From the NCBI GenBank assembly GCA_031366795.1, contig JANLOX010000026.1:1-17400 (forward strand): DNA of 17,400 nucleotides, read 5' to 3'. Each line of letters starts with the position of its first letter. The first letter of the stretch is position 1. Below, in pieces: positions 7,354 to 17,400 of the stretch. The notes under the pieces are model-generated. The model saw nothing but the letters and a program-made list of their open reading frames with translations, had not been told where the DNA came from and made no database searches. Origin of the DNA: Candidatus Eiseniibacteriota bacterium. GTDB taxonomy: Bacteria; Eisenbacteria; RBG-16-71-46. The position numbers were made by a program, and so were the translations under genes.

Positions 7354-8247
7354 ATGCCCCAGACCATTCGCCTCGATATCGCCGCGGGCGTCGCGCGTAT
7401 CACGCTCGATCACCCCGACAAGCTCAACGCCTTCGCCGATGACATGCGCGAGCAGTTGATCGTCGCGCTGGACCAGGTCGCTGGGGCGCAAGGTGTGAAC
7501 GTGCTGGTGATCACCGGCGCGGGACGCGCGTTTTGTTCGGGTGGCGACGTGCGGCACATGGTTGACCTCAAGGACCGCAACGCCGCGTTCGCGGAGCTCG
7601 AGCCGTTGCTCGAACTCGGTCGCGCCATCGTCACGCGCATCGCCGGGTTGCCCTTCCCGACGATCGCCGCGGTCAACGGTGTCGCAGCGGGCGCGGGCAT
7701 GAACCTGGCGCTCGCCTGCGACATGCGCATTGCCTCAGACGCCGCGAGCTTCGGTGAGACGTTCGTGCGCATCGGGCTGCATCCGGATTGGGGCGGAACG
7801 CACGCGTTACCGCGGCTCGTCGGGCTGCCCATGGCGCTCGAGTTGTGCTGGAGCGGGGATGTGATCGACGCTGCGAAGGCGCTGCGCATCGGGCTTGTGA
7901 ATCGCGTCATCCGGCACGAACAGTTCGAAGCGGAAGTGAACGCGTTCGCCGCGAAGCTGGCGACTGCGCCGCAGACGAGCGTACGCGGCGCGAAGCAAAG
8001 CTTGCGCGCGTCAGGCGCGCGGTCATTGGATGAATGCCTCGATGGTGAGTCCGCAGTGCAGCGCGCGTGTTGGGCGTCGGCGGATTCGGGCGAGGGCCTG
8101 CGCGCGTTCGTCGAGAAGCGCGCGACGAAGTTTGGCACGAGTACCGAGGTGACCGCCGCCGCGGTGAGCCGGCGCGGCGGGGACGGCACAATTGCCGCGG
8201 ATGCTGACGCGCTCCGCACAACCGCGCACGTTCCGGTGTTCGAGTAG
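7354..8247 (+). CDS. Enoyl-CoA hydratase/isomerase (crotonase) family protein, PaaG-like
   Basis: Motifs include ITLDHPDKLNAF, ITGAGRAFCSGGD, PTIAAVNGVAAGAGMNLALACDMRIAS, RIGLHPDWGG, ALRIGLVNRV and EGLRAFVEKR. Confidence 0.92.
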   Translation: MPQTIRLDIAAGVARITLDHPDKLNAFADDMREQLIVALDQVAGAQGVNVLVITGAGRAFCSGGDVRHMVDLKDRNAAFAELEPLLELGRAIVTRIAGLPFPTIAAVNGVAAGAGMNLALACDMRIASDAASFGETFVRIGLHPDWGGTHALPRLVGLPMALELCWSGDVIDAAKALRIGLVNRVIRHEQFEAEVNAFAAKLATAPQTSVRGAKQSLRASGARSLDECLDGESAVQRACWASADSGEGLRAFVEKRATKFGTSTEVTAAAVSRRGGDGTIAADADALRTTAHVPVFE

Positions 8248-8250
8248 CCC

Positions 8251-10833
<2,583 letters not shown>

Positions 10834-10918
10834 AACATGCCGCGCGCCGTGGGGATTTCGGTCGCGTATGGTGAACCCGTGAACCTGCTTCAGCATGAGG
10901 GAATCCAAGACAGGAATT

Positions 10919-11746
10919 ATGGCTACGCTCCCTGAATCTTTCATCGCCCGGTTGGCCGCTGCCCGCGGCGACTGCCGCGTTCCCGTGGGTGCCCAGGCTT
11001 CGGCCGAGGCGTTCGCGCGCGAATTGCTGGCGCTGCTGTTCCCGCACTTTGCCGCCGAGTGCCGGTGTTCGGCGGAGCAAGTCCGCGTCGATGCCGCGCA
11101 TGCGCTGGAGACCGTGCAGCGCTTTATCGCCACTGACCCCGCGCTCGCGGACGGGGCGCCAGCGTTGACCGAGGCCTTCGCCGGGCGGCTGCCCGTTCTC
11201 TACGACGCTCTGCTCGAGGACGCCCAGGCCACCTACGACGCGGATCCAGCCGCCCGCAGCCTCGATGAAGTGGTGCTCGCGTATCCCGGGTTTTTCGCGC
11301 TGGCTTGTTACCGCTTCGCGCATGAACTGCACAAGCTCGAGGTTCCGCTTCTGCCGCGGCTGGTCACCGAGTTCGCGCACGGCGTCACCGGAATCGATAT
11401 CCATCCGGGGGCGGTCATCGGCCGCGCGATCTCGATCGATCATGGCACCGGAATCGTCATCGGCGAGACCGCGGTCGTCGGCAATCGTGTGCGCTTCTAC
11501 CAGGGCGTGACGCTGGGCGCCCTGATTGTAAAGAAGGGCGAAGCGAACGTGCGACGGCATCCGACGATCGAGGACGACGTCGTGCTCTATGCCAACGCCA
11601 CGATTCTCGGTGGCCTCACCTTCGTCGGCGCGCGCAGTGTGATTGGTGGCAACGTGTGGCTCACGCGCAGCGTGCCGCCCGACTCGGTCGTGACCGAAGT
11701 ACCCAATTTCGAACATCGCCCCGCCGTGGGCGAGGACCGTTCCTGA
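10919..11746 (+). CDS. cysE: Serine O-acetyltransferase (CysE, EpsC-type)
   Basis: Motifs are [18 protein letters not shown]...[59 protein letters not shown] and [12 protein letters not shown] (hexapeptide beta-helix). I prefer ATG 10919 with AGGA at 10912-10915; the alternative is ATG 10895. The gene is adjacent to cysK. Confidence 0.95.
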   Translation: MATLPESFIARLAAARGDCRVPVGAQASAEAFARELLALLFPHFAAECRCSAEQVRVDAAHALETVQRFIATDPALADGAPALTEAFAGRLPVLYDALLEDAQATYDADPAARSLDEVVLAYPGFFALACYRFAHELHKLEVPLLPRLVTEFAHGVTGIDIHPGAVIGRAISIDHGTGIVIGETAVVGNRVRFYQGVTLGALIVKKGEANVRRHPTIEDDVVLYANATILGGLTFVGARSVIGGNVWLTRSVPPDSVVTEVPNFEHRPAVGEDRS

Positions 11747-11781
11747 CCCCAACCGCGGCATGCGCCGCAGGAGACCTTGCG

Positions 11782-12699
11782 ATGCGAGCGAACAACATTC
11801 TCGAGACGATCGGCAACACGCCTCATGTGCGGCTAAACAAACTGTACGGTTCCGGGATCGAAGTGTGGATGAAGCTCGAGCGCGCGAATCCCGGCGGCAG
11901 CATCAAGGATCGCATCGGGCTGGCGATGATCGAGGACGCGGAAAAGCGCGGCGTACTCAAACCCGGCACATTGATCATCGAGCCCACCTCGGGCAACACC
12001 GGTATCGGCCTGGCGCTTGTCGCGGCGGTCAAAGGCTACCCGGTGATTCTCGTGATGCCCGAATCCATGTCGATCGAGCGCCGGCGTATCATGAAGGCCT
12101 ACGGCGCGCGCCTCGAACTGACGCCCAAGGAACTGGGTATCAATGGCGCGATCGACCGCGCGAAGCAGTTGCAGTCGGAGAACCCGGGCTCGTGGATCCC
12201 GCAGCAATTCGAGAACCCGGCCAACCCTGAAGCCCACCGCAACACCACGGCCCGCGAAATTCTCGCCGACTTCCCCGAGGGGCTCGACGCGATCATCACC
12301 GGCGTCGGCACGGGCGGCCACATCACGGGTGTCGCCCAGGCCCTCAAGCGCGAGTGGCCGAAGCTCAAGGTGTACGCCGTCGAGCCCACCAAGTCGCCGG
12401 TGCTTTCGGGTGGCACGCACTCGCCGCACAAGCTGCAGGGCATCGGAGCCGGTATCATCCCCGCGGTGCTGGATCGCAGCGCACTCGACGGCGTGATCAC
12501 CGTGAGCGAGGAAGATGCGTTCGAATATACCGGCAGGGCGGCGCGTGAGGAGGGCATCTTCATCGGGGCCTCCTCCGGGGCATCGCTCGCCGCGGTGGCC
12601 CAGAAGGCGGCCGATCTGCCCAAGGGCGCGCGTGTCCTGACGTTCTGCTACGACACGGGCGAGCGTTACCTGTCGGTGGAAGGCCTGTTTCCCGTCTGA
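11782..12699 (+). CDS. cysK: Cysteine synthase A (O-acetylserine sulfhydrylase)
   Basis: ATG 11782 has SD AGGAG at 11769-11773. Motifs are [19 protein letters not shown] (PLP lysine), [47 protein letters not shown] and DTGERYLS. Length is 305 aa. Confidence 0.97.
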   Translation: MRANNILETIGNTPHVRLNKLYGSGIEVWMKLERANPGGSIKDRIGLAMIEDAEKRGVLKPGTLIIEPTSGNTGIGLALVAAVKGYPVILVMPESMSIERRRIMKAYGARLELTPKELGINGAIDRAKQLQSENPGSWIPQQFENPANPEAHRNTTAREILADFPEGLDAIITGVGTGGHITGVAQALKREWPKLKVYAVEPTKSPVLSGGTHSPHKLQGIGAGIIPAVLDRSALDGVITVSEEDAFEYTGRAAREEGIFIGASSGASLAAVAQKAADLPKGARVLTFCYDTGERYLSVEGLFPV

Positions 12700-12873
12700 T
12701 TCGCGCCTCCGTTGGGGGAATTCGCGCATCACAAACGTGGGGCTTGGTTCTGGCTCGCCCGGCGTCCTACACTTGTAGGCCGCTCAAGCGCCGCATGCCG
12801 GGGCCGTGGTCACTCATCTGGTAAGCACCCGCTGAACGCTCTTGCTAAAGAGCGATTCGCCAAGGATTTCGAC

Positions 12874-14973
12874 ATGACCCTGCGTTACAACGAAGCACTG
12901 CGTCCTTCGCAGGCGGGCGGCGGTTCGCGGCTGCTTATCGCGTTCGCCGCGCTGTTATTGCTCGCGGTTCCGCAAATCGGAATGGCCGCCCCGCATGCGA
13001 GTGCCGCTCCGCCCGTTTTCATTGCGCCGGATCGCGCGGCGGCGCCCGTCCTAAGCGACATCGCCAGCGACCCGGCCGATCTCTCGGGATATCTCGCGTA
13101 CTGGCAGGCGCGGGCGTATGAGCGGTCGATCGCGAATTTCCGGCCCACGACCCTGAACCAGCAGGCGTTTGACGTTCGGTACTACGATCTCGATCTCTAC
13201 CCGAATATCAGCACAAAGGCGCTTACGGGAACGGTGCGCATGATCGCAACCGTGACCAATGGTCCCATTACGTCCGTCGATCTCGATTTCGACAACGCCA
13301 ACATGTTCTGCGATGTCACGACCTCAGCCGGCACTCCGACGACATTCGCTCAGGGCGGCGGCCTCCTTACGGTGCAGCTCGACAGGGCGTATAACACGGG
13401 CGAGAACGTAAACGTGGTGGTGAATTATCACGGCTCACCCAGTGGCGGTGCCTTCACCGCCTCGTTCGGCTTCACCGTTCAGGGCTCCTACACGCTGGTG
13501 GCCAGCCTCAGCGAGCCGTTCGACGCCCGCACCTGGTGGCCGTGCAAGGACGACCCTTCCGACAAGGCCGACTCCGTCGATGTGCGCATGACCATGCCGG
13601 CCGGCTACATCACCGCGGGGAACGGCGTGCGAGTCTATAGCCTCGACAACGGCACCACCTCCGTTACCCGCTGGCACGAGCGTCACCCGATCGCGACCTA
13701 CCTCGTCTCGGTCGCCAGCTATCCCTACACGGTGGTCACGGACTGGTACCGCCCGGCCCCGACGGATTCGATGCCGATCCTGTTCCACCTCTATCCCAGC
13801 AATGTGGCCGCGACGGCCGCGGTGCATGCCAAAGTGAAGAACATGATCGCGGCGTACGAGGCGAAATTCGGCAACTACCCGTTCCGCGACGAGAAGTACG
13901 GCCATGCGCAGTTCCAGTGGGGCGGCGGCATGGAACACCAGACCTGCACCAGCCTCGGCTCGTTCGGCGAATACACGGTGGCGCATGAGTTGGGCCACCA
14001 ATGGTGGGGCGATGCCGTGACGTGCGCGGACTTCCATCACATCTGGGTCAACGAAGGCTTTGCCACGTTCTGCGAATGCATCTGGGCCGAGTCGCTCGGC
14101 GGCATCACGGCGTTTCACTCACGCATGAACGGGTTTGCATACTACGGATCGGGTAGCATCTACGTGCCGGACCTGAGCAACGTCAATCGCATCTTCGATT
14201 CCAACCTGTCCTACCACAAGGCCGGCTGGGTGCTGGCCATGCTGCGCCACATGATGGGCGATGCGAATTTCTTCCTCGGCATGCGGACCTACCTGGCGCA
14301 GCACTACTACAACAGCGCCACGACGGAGAACTTCGAGGCGACGATGGAGCAGGTCTCGGGGCTCGACCTTACGCAATTCTTCCAGCAGTGGATCTATGGT
14401 GAGTACTACCCGCAGTACAGGATCAACAGCGCCTACCTGGCCTCCGGCGGTGGCGGCTATGACGTGACGCTGCAACTGCAGCAGACCCAGACGTGGCAGC
14501 TGTTCAAGCTGCCGCTCGATGTTCGCATTGTGACCGGCAGCGGCACCTACAACTTCGTGGTGCAGGATTCAACCGCGCTGCAGCTGTTCAGCTTCAATGT
14601 GCCCAACCCGCCGACCTCGGTGACGCTCGACCCCGACCAGTGGGTGCTCAAGTCGGTGACCAACGTCACGGGTGTCGAGGCATCCGTTGCGAAACGCGCG
14701 CTCGCGCTTGGCGTACCGAGCCCGAACCCGACGCGTGGCGATGCCGTGATCGGGTTCAGCACGCCGCGCCAGGGTAATGTCGACGTCGACGTCATCGACG
14801 CGTCCGGCCGCCGCGTGAGCCGCCTGCAGCACGGCGCCCTCGCCGCGGGCGAGCATCGCGTGACGTGGAGCGGCCGCGACGAGGTGGGCAATGCGCTCAA
14901 GCCTGGCGTCTACTGGGTCCGGCTCGCAACCGGCGGCGAGCAGCGCAGCAGCCGCATCGCACTGATCAACTAG
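12874..14973 (+). CDS. Secreted M1-family zinc aminopeptidase with FlgD_ig/T9SS-like C-terminal domain
   Basis: ATG 12874 has AAGGA at 12862-12866 and is followed by a hydrophobic signal-like segment, LLIAFAALLLLAVPQIGMA. Motifs are ARTWWPCKD.PSDK, GGMEH (13924-13938), HELGH-x18-E (HELGHQWWG...IWVNEGFA) and the catalytic Tyr region SYHKA. The C-terminus reads SPNP...VIDASGRRV...WSGRDE.G...PGVYWVRL. Confidence 0.93.
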   Translation: MTLRYNEALRPSQAGGGSRLLIAFAALLLLAVPQIGMAAPHASAAPPVFIAPDRAAAPVLSDIASDPADLSGYLAYWQARAYERSIANFRPTTLNQQAFDVRYYDLDLYPNISTKALTGTVRMIATVTNGPITSVDLDFDNANMFCDVTTSAGTPTTFAQGGGLLTVQLDRAYNTGENVNVVVNYHGSPSGGAFTASFGFTVQGSYTLVASLSEPFDARTWWPCKDDPSDKADSVDVRMTMPAGYITAGNGVRVYSLDNGTTSVTRWHERHPIATYLVSVASYPYTVVTDWYRPAPTDSMPILFHLYPSNVAATAAVHAKVKNMIAAYEAKFGNYPFRDEKYGHAQFQWGGGMEHQTCTSLGSFGEYTVAHELGHQWWGDAVTCADFHHIWVNEGFATFCECIWAESLGGITAFHSRMNGFAYYGSGSIYVPDLSNVNRIFDSNLSYHKAGWVLAMLRHMMGDANFFLGMRTYLAQHYYNSATTENFEATMEQVSGLDLTQFFQQWIYGEYYPQYRINSAYLASGGGGYDVTLQLQQTQTWQLFKLPLDVRIVTGSGTYNFVVQDSTALQLFSFNVPNPPTSVTLDPDQWVLKSVTNVTGVEASVAKRALALGVPSPNPTRGDAVIGFSTPRQGNVDVDVIDASGRRVSRLQHGALAAGEHRVTWSGRDEVGNALKPGVYWVRLATGGEQRSSRIALIN

Positions 14974-14982
14974 ACACCCGAC

Positions 14983-15009
14983 GCGTTCGTGAACGCCGCG
15001 CACGCGGCG
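14983..15009. terminator. Overlapping GC-rich inverted repeats between convergent genes (possible terminator or RNA-stability hairpins)
   Basis: GCGTTC-GT-GAACGC (14983-14996) and CGCCGCG-CA-CGCGGCG (14994-15009) lie in the 52-bp gap between the M1 peptidase and lhgO stops. Neither strand has a U-tract. Confidence 0.3.
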
Positions 15010-15025
15010 CGAGGCGCTCCGGCGG

Positions 15026-16267
15026 CTACTTCCGCTCGAGCGCCTCGATCGCATGCGCCGAAATCTCGCGGCCGATCGCCAGCGACGCGGTGGCCGCGGG
15101 CGAGGGCGCGTTGAGCACGTGCACCATTCCCGGCGCCTTCTCGATGCGGAAGTCGTCGAGCAGCGTGCCGTTGCGGTCCACGGCCTGTGCGCGCACACCG
15201 GCTTGCGCGGGGCGCACATCTTCCACGCGCAACTCGGGCACCAGCCGCTGTAGGGCCGCCACGAATGCGCCGCGGCTGCCGGCGCGCTGCATCTCGGCCA
15301 TGCCCATCCGCCAGTGGCGGGCCGCCATGCGCCAGAAGCCGGGGAACGCCATCCAGTCGAGCACGTCGCCGAGCGACACGCGTGACGCGGTGTAGCCATG
15401 GCGCGACAACGCCAGCACGGCGTTGGGGCCCGCTTCGATGCCGCCGCGCGCCATGCGCGTGAAGTGCACGCCGAGAAAGGGAAACCGCGGATCGGGCACC
15501 GGGTAGATCAGGTGCTTCACTAGGAACTGGCGTTCGGGAACCAGCGTCGCGTACTCGCCGCGGAACGGTACGATGCGCACGCCCGGCTCGACACCGCACG
15601 CGCGCGCCACCCGGTCGGAATGGAGTCCTGCGCAATTGACGAGCACGCGGCACGTCAGTGGCCCGGCGGAGGTATCGAGCGTGATGCCGGTGCCCGTGCG
15701 GCGCGCCGAACGCAGCCGCACTCCGGTGCGGATCTCGGCACCTGCATCACGAATGCGCCGTGCGTAGGCCTCGCACACGTCGGTGTAGTCGACGATTCCC
15801 GTCTCGGCGACGAACAGCGCGGCCTTGCAGCGGACGTGCGGCTCGCGCTCGCGCACTTCGTCGGCGGTCAGCCAGCGCGTGCCTGTCAGGCCGTTGGCGA
15901 TGCCGCGGCGCTCGAGTTCGCGCAGGCGCTCGATCTCGTCGGGCTCGGTGGCGACCACGATCTTGCCGCAGCGCTCGTGGTGCACGCCGTTCGCGGCACA
16001 GAACGCGTACATCGCATCGCGTCCCTCGACGCACAGGCGCGCCTTGAGCGAGCCGGGTTTGTAGTAGAGACCCGAGTGGATGACGCCGCTGTTGTGCCCG
16101 GTCTGGTGCGCGGCGAGCTTGTTCTCGGCTTCGAGCACGATCACCGAGCGCACGCCCTGCTCGGTCAGTCGCAGCGCGGTCGCGAGCCCGACGATGCCGC
16201 CGCCGACGATGGCGATGTCGCAGGAGCCCGACGGCGCGGCGGAAGATGTGGGGGAATCCATGCCCAT
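15026..16267 (-). CDS. lhgO: L-2-hydroxyglutarate oxidase/dehydrogenase (FAD-dependent)
   Basis: This is the C-terminal ~413 aa of track ORF 15026-17293. Motifs are DIAIVGGGIVGLATA (FAD), HQTGHNSGVIHSGLYYKPGSLKA, NCAGLHSDRVA, VPFRGEY, IYPVPDPRFPFLGVHFT, AGVRAQA and HVLNAPSPAATASLAIG. I chose ATG 16267 (GGAG 6 nt upstream); alternatives are 16279 and 16261. Confidence 0.93.
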   Translation of the reverse strand: MGMDSPTSSAAPSGSCDIAIVGGGIVGLATALRLTEQGVRSVIVLEAENKLAAHQTGHNSGVIHSGLYYKPGSLKARLCVEGRDAMYAFCAANGVHHERCGKIVVATEPDEIERLRELERRGIANGLTGTRWLTADEVREREPHVRCKAALFVAETGIVDYTDVCEAYARRIRDAGAEIRTGVRLRSARRTGTGITLDTSAGPLTCRVLVNCAGLHSDRVARACGVEPGVRIVPFRGEYATLVPERQFLVKHLIYPVPDPRFPFLGVHFTRMARGGIEAGPNAVLALSRHGYTASRVSLGDVLDWMAFPGFWRMAARHWRMGMAEMQRAGSRGAFVAALQRLVPELRVEDVRPAQAGVRAQAVDRNGTLLDDFRIEKAPGMVHVLNAPSPAATASLAIGREISAHAIEALERK

Positions 16268-16341
16268 GAAGGTCTCCATGACACAGCCACCAGATGCTGC
16301 GGTGCGCAGCGCGGCGCGATAGTACCCGCCTGCAACGGGCA

Positions 16342-16417
16342 CCCCAAGCGTCCGCGCAACAAGTCGCCTTGCGCGCTGGCCCCAAGCGTTCGCGCAACAA
16401 GCCGCTTCACGCGCAGG
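16342..16417. repeat. Tandem duplication of a 38-bp unit (2 copies, 32/38 identical) in the divergent lhgO-kinase intergenic region
   Basis: Copy 1 (16342-16379) is ccccaagcgtccgcgcaacaagtcgccttgcgcgctgg and copy 2 (16380-16417) is ccccaagcgttcgcgcaacaagccgcttcacgcgcagg. The ungapped alignment has 6 mismatches. Confidence 0.9.
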
Positions 16418-16441
16418 CGCCCCGTCTATTACAGTGCCACG

Positions 16442-17400
16442 ATGCGCTTCCCTGCGGGCACCAAGCTTGGCCCCTATGAAATCATTGCGCCGCTCGGTGC
16501 CGGCGGCATGGGCGAAGTGTACCGGGCGCGCGACACGCGCTTGGGCCGCGATGTCGCCGTCAAGGTCCTGCCCGAGCACCTGATCTCGAACCCGGATGTC
16601 CGCACGCGCTTCGAACGCGAGGCACGCGCGATCTCGAGCCTCAACCACCCGCATATCTGCACGCTCCATGATGTCGGCAACGAGGGCGACACCGAATACC
16701 TCGTCATGGAGTTGGTCGAAGGCGAAACACTCGCCCAGCGCCTGGAGCGCGGCGCCCTGCCGCAGGCCGACCTGCTGCGCATCGGCACCCAGGTGGCGGA
16801 CGCGCTCGACCGCGCGCATCGCGCGGGCATCGTGCACCGCGACTTGAAGCCCGGCAACATCATGATCACCAAGTCGGGCGCCAAGCTGATGGACTTCGGG
16901 CTCGCGCGCCGCGCGGCCGAGGGGGGGGCGACGGGCATCACGAGCGGCACCGGCGTCACGATCGCCGCGTTGACGCAATCTCCCACGCTGGCGTCGCCGC
17001 TGACGGCGCAGGGCACCTTGGTCGGCACTTTCCTCTACATGGCGCCGGAGCAACTCGAAGGCGGCGAGGCCGACGCGCGCAGCGACATCTGGGCGTTCGG
17101 CTGCATCCTGTACGAGATGGCGACCGGACGGCGCGCGTTCGAGGGCAAGAGCCAGGCGAGCCTGATCGGCTCGATCATGCATTCGGAGCCGGCGCCGATC
17201 AGCGCCACCTCGGTCAGTTCTGCCCCCGCGCTCGACGCGTTGGTTCGCGCCTGCCTCGCCAAGGATCCCGAGGAACGCATCCAGACGGCGCACGACATCA
17301 AGCTGCAGCTGTCGTGGATCAGCCAGCCGGCATCGCAGATGAGCGCGGTGGCGCCCGTGCTGCCCAAGCGCGGACCGAATCGCGAACCGTTGGCGTGGGC
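16442..17400 (+). CDS. Hanks-type serine/threonine protein kinase (C-terminus runs off the right edge of the window)
   Basis: My own translation from ATG 16442 gives MRFPAGTKLGPYEIIAPLGAGGMGEVYRARDTRLGRDVAVKVLP...RFEREARAISSLNHPHI...LVMELVEGETL...IVHRDLKPGNIM...KLMDFGLAR...GTFLYMAPEQLEG...RSDIWAFGCILYEMATG...CLAKDPEERIQ. All the canonical kinase subdomain motifs are present and there is no stop before 17400. It is not listed in the ORF track. Confidence 0.97.
   Translation, partial: MRFPAGTKLGPYEIIAPLGAGGMGEVYRARDTRLGRDVAVKVLPEHLISNPDVRTRFEREARAISSLNHPHICTLHDVGNEGDTEYLVMELVEGETLAQRLERGALPQADLLRIGTQVADALDRAHRAGIVHRDLKPGNIMITKSGAKLMDFGLARRAAEGGATGITSGTGVTIAALTQSPTLASPLTAQGTLVGTFLYMAPEQLEGGEADARSDIWAFGCILYEMATGRRAFEGKSQASLIGSIMHSEPAPISATSVSSAPALDALVRACLAKDPEERIQTAHDIKLQLSWISQPASQMSAVAPVLPKRGPNREPLAW

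Noticed and set aside
11656..12873. Long N-terminal extensions on the track ORFs for cysK (from 11656) and the M1 peptidase (from 12712)
   Set aside because: The extensions overlap cysE or the intergenic DNA and are non-homologous. SD-supported ATGs exist at 11782 and 12874.
16342..16417. Possible mini-CRISPR array (repeat length 38 bp, partly palindromic)
   Set aside because: There are only two copies, they abut with no spacer, and no cas genes are in the window.
15026..17293. 755-aa minus-strand ORF suggesting an LhgO with a ~340-aa N-terminal extension
   Set aside because: The extension is the antisense shadow of the plus-strand kinase plus the intergenic region, and stop-free antisense frames are common at this GC content. 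LhgO homology begins only after ~16260.

Overview
This is a GC-rich, gene-dense bacterial window with no RNA genes, CRISPR array or mobile element visible. From left to right it holds a 3'-truncated VanW-domain gene on the minus strand, then a long plus-strand run of nine genes. That run is: a ~1474-aa secreted multidomain protein, a secreted GxSxG lipase/esterase-fold protein, a PaaG-like enoyl-CoA hydratase/isomerase, DNA-3-methyladenine glycosylase I, a YqjM/NamA-type old yellow enzyme, a secreted alpha/beta hydrolase, cysE, cysK and a secreted M1 aminopeptidase. The window ends with a minus-strand L-2-hydroxyglutarate oxidase and a divergent, 3'-truncated Hanks-type Ser/Thr kinase. The VanW and kinase genes are missing from the ORF track because they run off the window edges. 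Three proteins end in the same FlgD_ig/T9SS type-A-like sorting domain, which by inference suggests an FCB-group organism such as Eisenbacteria or Latescibacterota. The standout is the large protein, which fuses a glucose/sorbosone-dehydrogenase-type beta-propeller, PKD, lectin-like and Ig-like modules, a five-CxxCH multiheme cytochrome c and the sorting tail. It is a candidate exported quinohemoprotein that would couple extracellular substrate oxidation to a heme wire. A 38-bp tandem duplication and several dyads lie in the intergenic regions.
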